Positions 25,114 to 37,620 of a DNA stretch of 64,000 bases are shown piece by piece. Under the pieces are notes generated by a model. The model was not told where the DNA came from. It did not search any database and was given only the letters and a program-made list of their open reading frames with translations. The stretch spans positions 26,600,001 through 26,664,000 of the forward strand of contig NW_024704742.1 in assembly GCF_018977255.1 (NCBI RefSeq). The letters run 5' to 3'. This DNA is from Callorhinchus milii (lineage: Eukaryota). The translations under genes and the position numbers were made by a program. How positions within the stretch are numbered: position 1 is the first letter of the stretch; every line of letters starts with the position of its first letter.

Positions 25114-25835
25114 AATCAATGTTGAGGCCAGAGGGCTGTAAGGTGCCCAGGAGGTGGAGGAAGTGCTGTTCTTAGAGCTTGCATTGTGCTTCGTTCGAAC
25201 AGCATAGGAGGCTGTGGACAGAGAGGTCGCAGTTGGGAGTGGGAAGGAGAATTAAAATGGCAAGTGACTGGAAGCTCAGGTTTGCACTTATGGGCGGAAC
25301 AGAGGTATTCAGCAAAGCGATCAGCCAATCTGCGTTTGGTCTACCCGATGTAGAGGAGACCACAGCGTGTGCAGTGAATACAGTAAACTGTAATCACACA
25401 CAGTATACTGGCCTCAACATTGATTTCAACCACTTCAGACCCTAACCACAGCTCCCACCCTCTCTCAGCCTTGCCTCCCGCCACCCATCTTCCCACACTT
25501 CTATAGCCATTAACACATCCTCTGGTTCTTATATGCATCTGTTCGCTCTATAATCCCCCTATTGCCTTTTGTCTTGCACTATCAACACCTCTAATCTCAT
25601 CATCTTCTGTCCTCCATCTAAAAATGTTTCCTTTGTCTTTCGTTCCCCGCCCCCTTCTCTGCTTGCCCTGATAATCTGCTCCCTTCCAACATCCCCTAGT
25701 TCTGACGAAAGGTTATAGATCTCAAATCTTTTCCTCATTTTCCTCTCTCCATAGATGCTGCCTGATCAGCTGTGTTTTCCCAGCGACTTCTGTGTTTATA
25801 CTAAATCTCCAGCATCTACAGTACTTTGCCTTTTT
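25114..25835. mobile_element. Penelope-like element fragment with internal inversion (GIY-YIG on minus; C-terminus and pLTR on plus)
   Basis: Minus 25114-25390: VYCIHCTRCGLLYIG*...LADRFAEYL...PVTCHFNSPSHS. Plus 25408-25835: GLNIDFNHFR*, then ttctgacgaaagg...agatgctgcctgatcagctg...tccagcatctacagtactttgc. Confidence 0.85.
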
Positions 25836-26875
25836 CTACTTGTGAGGGATTTGGCTTCCAGGGTTAACAGGAGCTAACCGAGAAGAATCCTTGTCCCCAG
25901 TGATTAGTCCTCCCTTCCTTCCAAGACAGGTTGCCTGGTCTGTCAACAGTGCCTTTGTAGAACAAAAGGAAAATAAATGAAATGAACTATCCCAGTTAGA
26001 CTGGGCACAATTTGGGAATAGATTGGCAGATTGGCTGACAGCCATCAGTAAGTGGCACAGGCGTGCACAAAAGAAGCCAACAAGAGGGAGAAATCAAAGA
26101 GACTAAATTAATACAAGAGGAAATGAAAAAGAGAGATGGAGTGATCTATATTCTGTGATTTTAATAGAACTGAGCAAAAGACATTTACGACATTGAAGAA
26201 AGCCGCAGAACACGATTCACAGACAACATAACATATCCATATATAGTCAATTCTAAACATGCATTCATTCTTTTAAAATTCTCTTCGAGCATCGATGGGA
26301 ATTCTATCTGGGAAGGGAGGGGGAAGGTAAGCAAGGTTTCCTTGAGGCTGAGTTGGATCCAAGATGATATGCTTGGCAACAAAATGTCAGAATCGAGTCA
26401 ACCCACTGCAGCAGTCTTGGTGGTACTCCAGGCACTGCTGACAGACCAGGTAACCTGATTTGGAAGGGCAGACTAATCACTGGGGGCAAGGATTCTTCTC
26501 AGTCAACTCCTGTTAACTCTGGAAGCCAAATAACAAGTAGGGTGTCCTTGGCTGGACAGGTAGATGAATGCTTACCAGGCAGTGCTCTCAATGACAAGGT
26601 ATACAATCTTAGCTGGTGAAACTCCAGGAGTACCACAACACAACTGCTAATATATCTACTTAGTGTGGGTTCTTGACAACCTGAGCCAAATACTTTCTGG
26701 AACTAAGTAAGCAAGGTGCATCTGTGCAGGAAGAGAGGCAATTCTATTCTAGACAAAGGGAAATTTCCATGTGTAGGTTGCATACATTTGTGAAACTCAG
26801 TCTGGTTTGGATACTCTTGAGCACAGTGATGGGTTTCCTCATGTGTCAGACATCCAGTTGACCAAAACAAAATTA
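25836..26875. repeat. Unclassified repeat, head-to-head pair 1 (minus arm 25836-25954; plus copy 26430-26875)
   Basis: ~115-bp inverted repeat; the plus copy is homologous to 35806-36188. Confidence 0.8.
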
Positions 26876-28389
26876 TTAGGAATATGTTTCCACAACAGAG
26901 AAACATGCAAAACTGCATTCTCCATATTGCTACAATTACACAGAGGATGTTGTACCCAACTTAGAAGACCCTTTCATGTTTACACTGCTCCTGGCTATCC
27001 TTCCCATTGCTTATCAGAAGACCAGTTCCAAATTAGTCCCATGGCTTTCATTGTAAATCTTGGGTAGACACAGTGGTTGCGACAATTATTCTCTCCATTG
27101 AAATATCTTCAAAAACAATACATGGAGAAGGCAATGCCCTTCGGGTTGCTGCTCATGCCGCCAGACACCCAGAATGATTTCAGACTGAAAGCCTTCTTTG
27201 TGACTTTTAGCCCTGAAATGTAAATTCAACTTCAGGACAAAGGTACAAATAGAATGAAAGGATTGGGATATGTTCCATATTCAAGAAAGGCCTATGGGCA
27301 AATCCGACTCCTCAGCCCTTGACATCCACCTGTCTATTAGGCATCCCCTAGGTGAAAAAGATTCATCACCCTGCCTAGCTCAGATATGGGGAAAACCAAG
27401 CGCAAATAAGGTTTACAACTGGAGAGGTGCGAGGTGAACTCCCTGGTGAAGTGGCATTTGTTATACACAGCTTTGAGGATGTCCACTCTTTTGATAATAA
27501 ATACAATTAGGTGGTTTTGACTTGCTCGACCACGCATCATCTGCTGTATCTACGAGTATGGTTTATTTAGCAGGATAAAGGTGAAGGTTGTTTCAAATAA
27601 CTTTGAAGACCTAGTTTCCTCTGTTGTGGCTCGTACAATACAATCAAAGTGCACAAACAGATACACTTGGCTGCTAGTCCCTCAAATTTACCTGCATATT
27701 CATAATGCAAACATTAAAATAAAACTTGCTGACTTGTGCATATCTATTATTAACTCAACCTTTTCATTCCAACATAGTCTGCAAAAGAATAAATCATTAT
27801 TGATCAGTTACGCCTTGAGTACTCCTCACCCAGTGCAGCTTTCAAACTTTCTGCATATTCTCATATATAGAATCTGATGGGAAGCAGTGGGGCAGGGAGG
27901 GAGGAAAGGAGAAGAGAATTAAATATCAGTCTCTTCTAGTCCAAGGGGTAAATACAACACAATTTGCATTTATATAGCAGCTTTCACGTTGGGAGGATGT
28001 CTCAAAGCGTATGAAAAATGTGATGCTACACCAGGCCATACATATAAGGAAGTTACAAATTTCAAAACTTGACTAATGGCTTCTAGGATATTGCTGGCAC
28101 AACTTAATTGCTGTGTTTGCTGACGTAACAACATTCATTTTTTTTCTAATTGATCTCCTTCTGAAAGCTCTTCTACAGGTTTATTTAGTGGGAAAAACGC
28201 TATGTAAATGTAAGCTGTTTTTATACATTAGCTAAGGAAATGTTGGGAGAGCTAACGATGGCCTCTAGACATGGCAGGTCTAGGAATATTTAAAATAAGA
28301 CAGGTTCCCAATGACTCCTGTGAGTGATCTCTGATGGAATGTACACATGTAGATTCAGCACATAACTAGGTGTAGCTATGAACGTATTC

Positions 28390-28652
28390 TTATCTGGAAG
28401 ATTGTTGGCTAGGACACCAGAGAAAGAGAAACTCCCTTCTCTTTTCAACTAGGGCCATGAGATATTTTTGCACAACAGCAAACTTCAGTTTAACGTGTGA
28501 TCCGAAATACAACACTTTTGACAATTCTGAACTCCCTCTGCACAGCATTGAAGTGTCAGCCTGGGCGATGAGCTCAAAGTCACGATATGGGGCTGAATCC
28601 CACAACCTTCTGACTTCATATGCTGGAGTTCCAGCAATTGAGTTAGGCTGAC
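28390..28652 (-). mobile_element. SINE family B 5' part
   Basis: cccacaaccttctgacttc...gagttaggctgaca. Confidence 0.8.
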
Positions 28653-29414
28653 ATTTACTCTTTTCAACAAAGTACACACAACTTTATTATGGAGCCCAGC
28701 TATGAAATGGATTCATAGTCCAATATATTCTGTCTCTTCCTGCCAAACATTGTTAATTCTTGAAGGAGCTGGGATGAAATATTTTAATTCAGCAGTTCTT
28801 CCAGATAGCTGAAGACCTAATTCTTTGACAAGACAACACCTATTAATAACCGTACAAATGCTGACCAGAAGCCTTACCAGGAAGCTACAGTCGTCCAAAT
28901 GGCCTTTGTACACAAGCCAGTGCAAAAGCCAGGGTTTGATGGCTGGATGCCATCAACCACCTTCCAAAAACACTTATTTCTTAATTTTCAACAGATACAT
29001 TTTCTGGTCCATTGAGAAACAGTAACACTTTGGAAACATTTACCCACAAGCAATACACACACACACACGCTCAATGTAAACCTTCTTTGCATCGTAGGAA
29101 AATTCCAAAATGTGACATTACAGTAGCCGGTCTGGAACTATGTGCAATCTTCTGCGTGGAACTATTCAACCATAGAAGCCCTCGAGGTAACAGCTGTCTG
29201 TGAGTCTGGCTTCACTATCTCAGGATCAACTGCAGTGAGAATTATATTATTCGAACATTTACAAGTCCACGTTACACCTCCCCCCTGCCCCGCTAATAAA
29301 ATATATAGAATTCTGTTTTGGGGAAATACAGTAATTTAATGAGCACAGATTCCTACTGTGAGCAAGTGTCATTAAATTTAAGCTATTTTAGCAATATCAA
29401 GTTTATTTATTTAA

Positions 29415-29630
29415 AAAATAATAATTCTTGCATTTGATCTAGCGCCTTATCATATCATTGAGATGTGTAAAGTGCTTCACAAAATATACCATAAAGTGAA
29501 TTTACTGTATATTTTATGGGTGAAATGTGGCAGCTAATTGCACATAGCAGTGTATCACAAACAGCTGCTGATTGTGTGACCAAGTTTTTATTATTTATTT
29601 ATTTTGAAGGGATTATTTCCCCCAGAAAAG
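29415..29630 (-). mobile_element. SINE family A, 3' part
   Basis: Tail plus gaaggggattatttcccc block. Confidence 0.85.
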
Positions 29631-31527
29631 CGCCAGCAGTGACCTAAATACCTGTAGGTGCCTTTTTAAAAAAAAGCAGAAGAAGCTAGCCAGTAAGTGC
29701 TGGAAGCCAAGTGTAATACGATGCCAAGTCTACAGCATGCCCGCATGTATATGCACAAAGCTACAGTACCTTGTAATGGGGTTACCTGGTCATTAGGTTA
29801 CCTTTTACATAAAATAAACATCTAAGCAAGTGCTTTAAGAATGGAATTGATTAGAAATGAAGTAAATGTTACAAGTGGCAGGCCATCCTCTGATGGATCC
29901 CACCCAGGTAAATCTCAGCCAGTGATTTCAATCCAAATCTGTGATACGATTCACACTGATTTAACCAGTTCATTATTGAGATACTATTTGGAACAGTGAA
30001 CACAATATATATGTTTAAACCGCACACTTACAGTATAATTTTCCTTTTTATCCACAAATATAGTCAATCCACTTTACAACATACTCTGTGAAATTTTGAG
30101 ATGTCCAGCGCCTTGGGTCGTCTTCCCGAAGTGAAAGGCGCAATACAAATGCAATTTATTGTTGCTGCCGTTTCAATACCGTGATAAGGCGCTACTTCAA
30201 ATGCAAGGAGTATGATTGTAATCTATGAGAATACACCACAACATTCAGGAAATATTGTGTTGAAAATTAATTCCAAGTTTGTCCCAGAAAAGGCATCAAC
30301 CTCATTGTAAGTATGGTTTCCATAGACATCCATATTTATATTATAGAAACAATCCCATGTGGAAAGAGTCCATTAGTTTATATACCAGAAAATTGAATGT
30401 ACCCAGGTGCTGAAATGAAAGTAGCTATGAATATTTGCTTGTGCCCCGTATGGTAATGATAAAGCTTCAGCTTCTATCAGACTTCGTTGACAAATTCCTC
30501 AGGCATCACTTCAGTCAGAGCATACATGGGTATATTAATTAACAAGGTAATGCTGCAGACACATTGATGACTAATGATTGTTACGATGCTTTGCCACCAT
30601 TTAATGGTCAGGTCACTGGATCACGATTTTTTTCATAGGTTTCACCCTCAGTCTATAAAGGTAGTATTTTAGTGTATAAGTGCATTTGCTGTTTTGTGTG
30701 TCAAGTTAAAAAAAACATTTCAACTAACGGAAACTGAAGAAGTGAAGCATTTTCCTGAGGCGACTTTAGCTCTAATAGCTTTTACAAATTAAGAGCAGAA
30801 CTAGAAAACGAGGACTCAGCAGATGTTACAGAAATTACACCTTAGGAAGGAGGCTATTTGGCCCAAGAGTCTAAACCGTTGTTATCTCACCCACTGTTAC
30901 TGAATACTAGAATAATCCTATGTCCACATGGGCAGATATCCAAATGGTGTTGGCAAGTACATGGAGTGATAATGGCATTTGCCCAACAATCGTCTATGAT
31001 GTCTCAGAGTTTTCCCCCATGCAGCTCCTCAATTGATCCTCAGAATATAACACCACCTGTTCCTGCTGTCACATTCATATCCATATTATTGGGATATTCC
31101 AGAGCCCCTCTATGGTCTGAAACTGGTCTGTTAGCACAATAGCTCATGGTGTTGGTGCTGGGAACTGAATGTTTTTAGTCACTTTGGGTGAAGAGGAGAA
31201 TAGGATGCAAGAGCAACATTGGAGGCATTCTGAGCCATCACCATGGGGGGAAACAGGTGTAGATTCTGCCAATTATTTTTTGCCAATTAATTAAACCCCA
31301 GGTTTGAAACCATTCTCATGTAACAATGCTCAAGGGGGATGTATAGATTTCAACCCTGAGGTGATGTCTGAACCCTCTACTTAGTAAAACAACAGTTTTA
31401 CATTGACAGTGGTGTCTGAGAGGGACGAATCTATAAAATCGATAAAAATATCGATAAAAATCGATACGGCAAATATTCAACAAAGTTCAGATTCAACCTT
31501 GGTACAAGTTCTTTTTTTTAAAAAAAA

Positions 31528-31576
31528 GTTTCATGATCATATAACTTTTTTTAATAAAGTTATATGACCATGAAAC
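31528..31576. repeat. 21-bp near-perfect palindrome with 7-nt loop
   Basis: gtttcatgatcatataacttt / aaagttatatgaccatgaaac. Confidence 0.9.
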
Positions 31577-31704
31577 ACTGAGCTGTTTACACTCATTCAC
31601 GAATTATAGGTCAATATGCACTGGTTCGTTATCTAGCCTCAGTTAACATGAATGGTGCTGTATCAGCCTGGGCACCAAGGGCACTAAGAAATAAATGCAG
31701 ATAT

Positions 31705-32075
31705 AGGAGTGGGAATTGGTGGTAGAGTGTACTGATATACAGATCTTTCATTTGTGGAACCAGGGTTCCACTACAATTCAGCTGTCATGAGATGAGATGC
31801 TGGCTGTAAGGGTCCCACACATAAATAATGGCTCCACGTATAACAAATAGGGTTCTTCATTTTGCTCATAAGGCAGATATGCAGCATACAAATGCCATGA
31901 GTTGGGAAAAGCTGCCAAGTGCACTATAAGAGGCAAGGAGGATGGGTGGCATGGGAGATGGAAACATTACTAATAAGGGAAATTGGTGCTATAGAGAACA
32001 GAAAGTTTTACTCACTAGACCAGGTTATGTTTGACCTAAAGTCCTGGCTGTTGACACTGGCTGCTCAAATGAATC
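31705..32075 (+). mobile_element. Possible ancient tRNA-derived SINE (LF-SINE-like head)
   Basis: gaattggt...gatatacagatctttcatttgtggaaccagggttcc resembles the LF-SINE head as recalled; highly diverged. Confidence 0.35.
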
Positions 32076-33106
32076 AAAACATTTATTCTCAGCACCAACA
32101 CAAATCATGAGGAACACAAAGATTGCTCATTGTTTTTTTTCCAAAAAGTGATACCATTGAGATAAATATACAGTAATTTTATGCTCTTATGGGGACAAAT
32201 ATACAGTCAATTCACTTTACAGTGTGTTCTGTGAAGCGCTTTGGGACATCCTCCCGACGTGAAAAGCACTATATCAAATGCAAGGATTATTATTATTATT
32301 ATTATAATATTGATGTGAAGTTGTATCTACATCTAGCTTAGTCCCAGTGCAATACTAAAGGTGTTGAGTGTAACATTCACTGAAATTATATTCCCCAATT
32401 CATTGGTTTTGGAGAAGCATGATAATGGTCCTTTGCCGCTGGATTGCAGGCTCCCAGGTACTCCATCAGTCTTCTGCCCTTCACCTTCCAAAGTATGATT
32501 TCGAGTGCAACACACATTACTAGTTTAGTTCTCAGCTAGTGTGTAAATTAATGATATCCTTTCCTGGAGGTGTGACTGGAGTGATCACAGCTACACATAA
32601 CTGTAATACATCAGTTTTGTCATCTAATTTCTCAAAGAATCCCAAAGATGTGGGAAGATTGTGATTGTGAAGAATGTGAAACAGTAGATTGTGGTGTATC
32701 CGCATGACTACTTATCCACATTGGGTTCTGCTTTGGAAATGAACTCGAGGCTGTCATAATATAAAAAAAATCTAGTTGGGGACATGCATACAAGGTTGCA
32801 TGGTTCATAATTTAGCCATGCCGGCATTAGCCAACAATGTAAAGTTAAGCATTTATTTAGCACTTTGTTAGAGGTACAGTGTAAAGGTAAGAGATAGTGT
32901 AAATAATAATAATCCTTGCATTTGATAAATGTAGGAGACAGTGAAAGTCAGAGAGTGATGAAGGAATTCAGAGAGAGAAAGCGAGTAAGGGGAGGGAGTG
33001 AGATTGAGAGAGAAGGGTTGGCACAGTGTGATATTACAATAACTGTATAATTCCTAATGGAACAAATGTTTGATTTGTATTATAGCCTATTTGTATTCAG
33101 ATATCG

Positions 33107-33530
33107 ATCTGGCTTAATTGGTAGCACTCTTGCTTCCAAGTCTGAAGGTTGGTGGTTCAAGCCCAAGTCGACCTTGAGCTCAAGGTTGACACTCCAGTGC
33201 AACACTGGGTGAGCATTACATTACGATTTTACATTAAGATTTTGTTTCGTCTCATCTGCCATCGTTCAGATGAGACATGAAACCGAGATCCTGTCTGTCT
33301 GTTCAGGTGGACGTTTGAGCTCGTTTGACATTAATCTAAAAGAGGAGGAAGTTTCTCCCGCTGTCCAGGTCAACAATCATCCAGATAAATTGGTCATTCA
33401 TTTCATGGTGGTTTGTGGGACATTTGTGTGTGCAAATCAACCAACGCGTTAACCTATAAAAACTACACTTCATCCAGTGAAGCGCTGAGACTTTAGTGAA
33501 CATAATAAGGGCTTTACTAAATACAAGATT
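33107..33530 (+). mobile_element. SINE family B
   Basis: ctggcttaattggtagcactcttgc...cagatgagacatgaaaccgag...gtttgtgggacattt. Confidence 0.85.
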
Positions 33531-33667
33531 GCTATTAGAATATGTATTATTGTTTTGCATGATGACACTTTATCCTCACTGGTTGCGTATCTACACTGGG
33601 GAACACTGGAAATCCAAAATATTTTGAAACTCAAGCATGTATATCTGACATCCATGAAAATCCATCA

Positions 33668-34649
33668 TCATGCATACCTCACCCCTCATGCTGCTGAAAC
33701 ACTGGTCCACGCCTTTATCACCTCAAGGCTGGACTATGGGAACTCTCTCCTCGCCGGCCTTCCCGGCACCTCCCTCCACAAGCTTCAGGTCATTCAGAAC
33801 TCTGCAGCTCATGTACTGTCCCGCACCAGGCTTCGCGACCACATCACTCCCACCCTCGCTCGCCTCCACTGGCTCCCCATCCCCCAGAGGATCGAATTCA
33901 AGATCCTCATCCTCACCTACAAGGCCATTCAAGGCCTTGCTCCCTTCTACCTCTCTGACCTACTATCCCCCTACTTACCTGCCCGTACCCTCCGTTTCTC
34001 TGGCTCCGGTCTACTCCACATCCCCCACCCCAACCGCCCTACCATAATAATAATAATCCTTGCATTTGATATAGCGCTTTTCACGTTGGGAGGACGTCCC
34101 AAAGCACTTCACAGAACACACTGTAAAGTGACTTGACTGTATATTTGTGGGCGAACGCGGCAGCCAATTGCGCACAGCAATGTCCCACAAACAGTCGTAG
34201 ATTGAAAATGACCAATTTATTATTGTTTTTGGTTTTGGAGGGATTATTATTAGGCGTGTGGAGTAAGGAAACTTGCCCAAGGTTTCGCCCTCTGCCTGGA
34301 ATTGAACTCAGGTCTCTCACTTGCAAAGCGAGTGCTCTAACCACTGAGCTGCAGGACTCCACCATCGTTGGCCGGGCCTTCAACCTCTCAGCCCCTAGGC
34401 TCTGGAACTCCACCCCAGTGCCTTTGCCTTGCTTCCTCCCTTTCCTCCTTCAAGGCTGGTCTCAAGACTTTTCTCTTCGACCGTGCCTTCAGCTCCCCTC
34501 TCGCCTCTCTACCCCCTACTCACTCCCTTCCTTCCCTCCCCTCACCCTGACCATTTCCCCCCTGCTCGGGTCCTGACCCAACTGTCCAGCGCCTTGGGAC
34601 GTCCTCCTGAAAGGCGCTCTATAAATGAAATCCTGTTGTTGTTGTTGTT
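33668..34649 (+). mobile_element. L2-clade LINE 3' fragment, interrupted by a SINE at 34046-34362
   Basis: ETLVHAFITSRLDYGNSLL...LHWLPIPQRIEFKILILTYKA, resuming after the SINE (GRAFNLSAPRLWNS); tail gcgccttgggacgtcctcctgaaaggcgct...(ttg)n. Confidence 0.95.
34046..34362 (-). mobile_element. SINE family A, short form, full length, inserted in L2
   Basis: Intact head ggagtcctgcagctcagtggttagagcactcgctttgcaagtgagagacctgagttcaattcc; accat present on both sides (3-5 bp TSD). Confidence 0.95.
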
Positions 34650-34671
34650 AAGCATATCAAAACCAATCTGA

Positions 34672-36188
34672 ATGGAAACTTCTCTTTGTCTTGAATCGAA
34701 TGTGCACTCTCTCCCTAGATGGAAGCACGTGACCAACCTAATCCCAGAAAGTATAAGCTAATGTTGGCAAAAGTCAATGCTTGAGGACCCCAGAGTTGTG
34801 CATTGGTGGGAGGGGCAGTGCTGTCATTTAATCAGCTAAAATCAATGAGCTTTCTGCTACTTTAAGTGCTCTGAGACACTCTCCCATGTGAAGGGCACTG
34901 TTGTTGTTAGTTGTCTATCTCGAGCCCCTCTACCTGTAAAGGACTTTAGATTACTGGGTGAAAAGGAGCCAAGTGAGAAGAATCCCCGTCTCCAATACGT
35001 AGTCTGCCCTTCAAGTGGCAATCTTGAAGGTTGGTCGGTCATCAACAATCCTGCAGACCTGCCTGATTTGTGAACTGGACTACCACATTGACAACTCCTT
35101 AATGAAGACGATCAAGATTAAAAACCATAGCTCATTTAATTAAGTGACACACAAATCAAGCTGTACATCATAAGCATCCCTTCCAAACCAAACTTTGTTT
35201 TTAATCCCTTTGCTGGATACTTGCTATTTCAGCTCTACAAAGACAGCAAAAAACCACTTGGTTGATAGACTGCTTTCTGATATCAATAAGCAGCCCGAAG
35301 GAACAACTGAAGATCGACCTCCTTCTTGCTCCTGGACTCCAATCCAAAGGCATCAGGAAATGTTACTATTTGGAACTGTCAAATCCTGCTGTGTTGTTGC
35401 TCATAAACCGTAGCGAATCCAACCTGCTAGCAACATTCAGAGACCATTCCTTTCCTCGGCAATTTGAGCAAGCATGGCAAACCAGAGTAGAGATTTTTAA
35501 AAATTCTCTGAGCTGGTAAGGAATTCTTTTCAAAAAACTACCCAAGGGAGAATTAATTGCATCAAATCTGCAACCCTCTGCTCTTCTAAAATGATGTTCA
35601 AATTAAGACTTTTCCCAGATGTCAATTTTTTTTCTTCTAAAATATCTTGTTCCAAAGGAAAATTCTAAAATCTTTAATCATCTAACTACTGATGGTCATA
35701 GAAGCAGACACAGGTCATGCAACATTCATCTGTTAAATGCTCATCTTGTTTGCATTTTCTGAATTAATTGTCATTTCTTTGCACTGCATTTGCCTTTATG
35801 GCGGCGACTTGGAGCAGGGATTCTTTCCACTCAGCTCCAGTTAACCCTGCAAGGCCCAACAGGTAGGATAGTTCCAGCTGGACAAGCAGTGGGAAAGTTT
35901 GCCAGACAGTGCTCTCAAGATCAAACTATGCGGTTTTAGCAGGTTACACTCTAGCAAAACCCCAACACTCATTTTGGGATCCCAAGCCTTGGATCTTGCT
36001 AACTTGCACTTAATATTCTGAAATTGTTAAGCAGGCTGCACGAAAGAGCGTGCATTCTGTTTGAAATATAGTAAAATTTGCATGTGTAGGTGGCCTACAT
36101 ATGTGAAACTCAGTTAATTTTGGATACTCTTAAGCGTGATGATGAGTTTCCCCATATGTCCGACACCCGGCTGACCAAGAAAAAAAAG
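34672..36188. repeat. Unclassified repeat, head-to-head pair 2 (minus copy ~34672-35052; plus copy ~35806-36188)
   Basis: Shares gagaagaatcc...tagtctgcccttc and tgtgaaactcag...ttggatactctt blocks with pair 1. Confidence 0.7.
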
Positions 36189-36639
36189 CTATTAAGTCAT
36201 TAAAGAGATTACAGATGAAAATAAAAGGTGCACTTATAAATTAGTGTGCCTCAGCTATAAACAAGATAAAATGGGTCTCTTAAATTATTGTAATGTCTTT
36301 CAATTCATCTCCAGTTAGCACATTGATTTTTCACCTTCATCTGTTGCCTGTGGGCAGTGTCCCATTGCAACTTCAATATAGTGGCAGATCAAAAAAAATC
36401 AATCAAGGTCATTTTCAAGTTGAATTAAAAATAAGTGAAAGCTGAGTTCTACAACGTTCCCTGATCAACAAAGCACAAGTGAGACAAGCCAAAGCAGAGG
36501 TGCACTTATAAATTTACAAAATGTTTAAAACAGTGGCTCAGCATCAATTTACTTAGCCGTCTTTCGATTTGTTCTAAAACAAAATGAACCCATAAAATCC
36601 AATGCTAATTGTAGTGAAGGGGCGAAAAAGTGATCATTC

Positions 36640-37030
36640 ATAATAATAATTCACGCATTTGGTATAAGGCCTTATCACGTCACCAAGATATCTCAAACCC
36701 TTTTACAGGATTTACTGTAAAGTGGATTAACTGTATATTTTGTGGGCAAAACGCAGCAGCCAATTTACACTCAGCAATGTCCCACAAACAGCCAAGGAGC
36801 GAGTAACCAATTTTATTTGGGGGATTGTTGACCAGGACACCGGTCTCTTTGTTTTGATGAGGTGTAGTAAATAGTCAAATCTAATAAACAGTGCAATGGG
36901 ATCTTTAATGTTCACCTAAATAAATAGACTTATCAGGTCTTTGAGACGTCTCAAAGTACTTCACGGAATATACCGTAAATTGAATTGACTGTATATTTTG
37001 TGGGCGAAACACGGCAGCCAATTGCACCTC
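36640..37030 (-). mobile_element. Two tandem SINE 3' fragments
   Basis: Tails at ~36640-36920 and ~36928-37030. Confidence 0.8.
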
Positions 37031-37570
37031 AATTTATACTGCAATTTACAGTAAGCCCTGTGAAGCACTTTTGAGACGTCCTCCTATCATGAAAATCACT
37101 ATATCAATTGCAGGAATTATCTGGATGTGGAATGCAGCCAATGCTTTGGTGAATATAGCAATAGATGTTGATCAGGGCCAAGAAAGAAATGCAAATAAAA
37201 CAAAAGGAAAACTACAGGGTAAGGAAAGCTTTTGGAAGATAAGCTTAAATATTTACCCTAATGCAATGGTTAGTCAAATTAGAGTAGGAAACTTAAATTA
37301 GGAAAATAGACAGTTGCATCACAGAAGCAGAATAGGAGCTTCAGATAAGGACAGGAGACCAATGAAGTTTGGTCAGCTTTTCTGCCCCCACCCTCTGGAA
37401 CTCCAGCTTGGTGTCCCTCCACCTTATCCCCTTCCATTGCCTCCTTCAAGCCACATTTCCTCTTTGATTGTATTTTCGGCCATCCTCCACCCTTCTTGAT
37501 TCCAACCCCCAGCTCAGGTGCAAACCCTTAACTGTCCAGTGCCTTTGGGATGTCCTTTTGATTTGAAGGG

Positions 37571-37620
37571 TATATATATATATATAAATATATATTTATA
37601 TAAATAAATATATATATATA
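37571..37620. repeat. Imperfect (TA)n tract expanded inside an L2-type tail (37530-37636)
   Basis: tgaaggg-(ta)n-caatttgctgttgttg. Confidence 0.85.

Noticed and set aside
34290..34362. tRNA-Ala-like sequence as a tRNA gene (also at 13490-13565 and 46375-46448)
   Set aside because: It is the head of a SINE, continuous with SINE body and tail, and lacks a proper acceptor stem.
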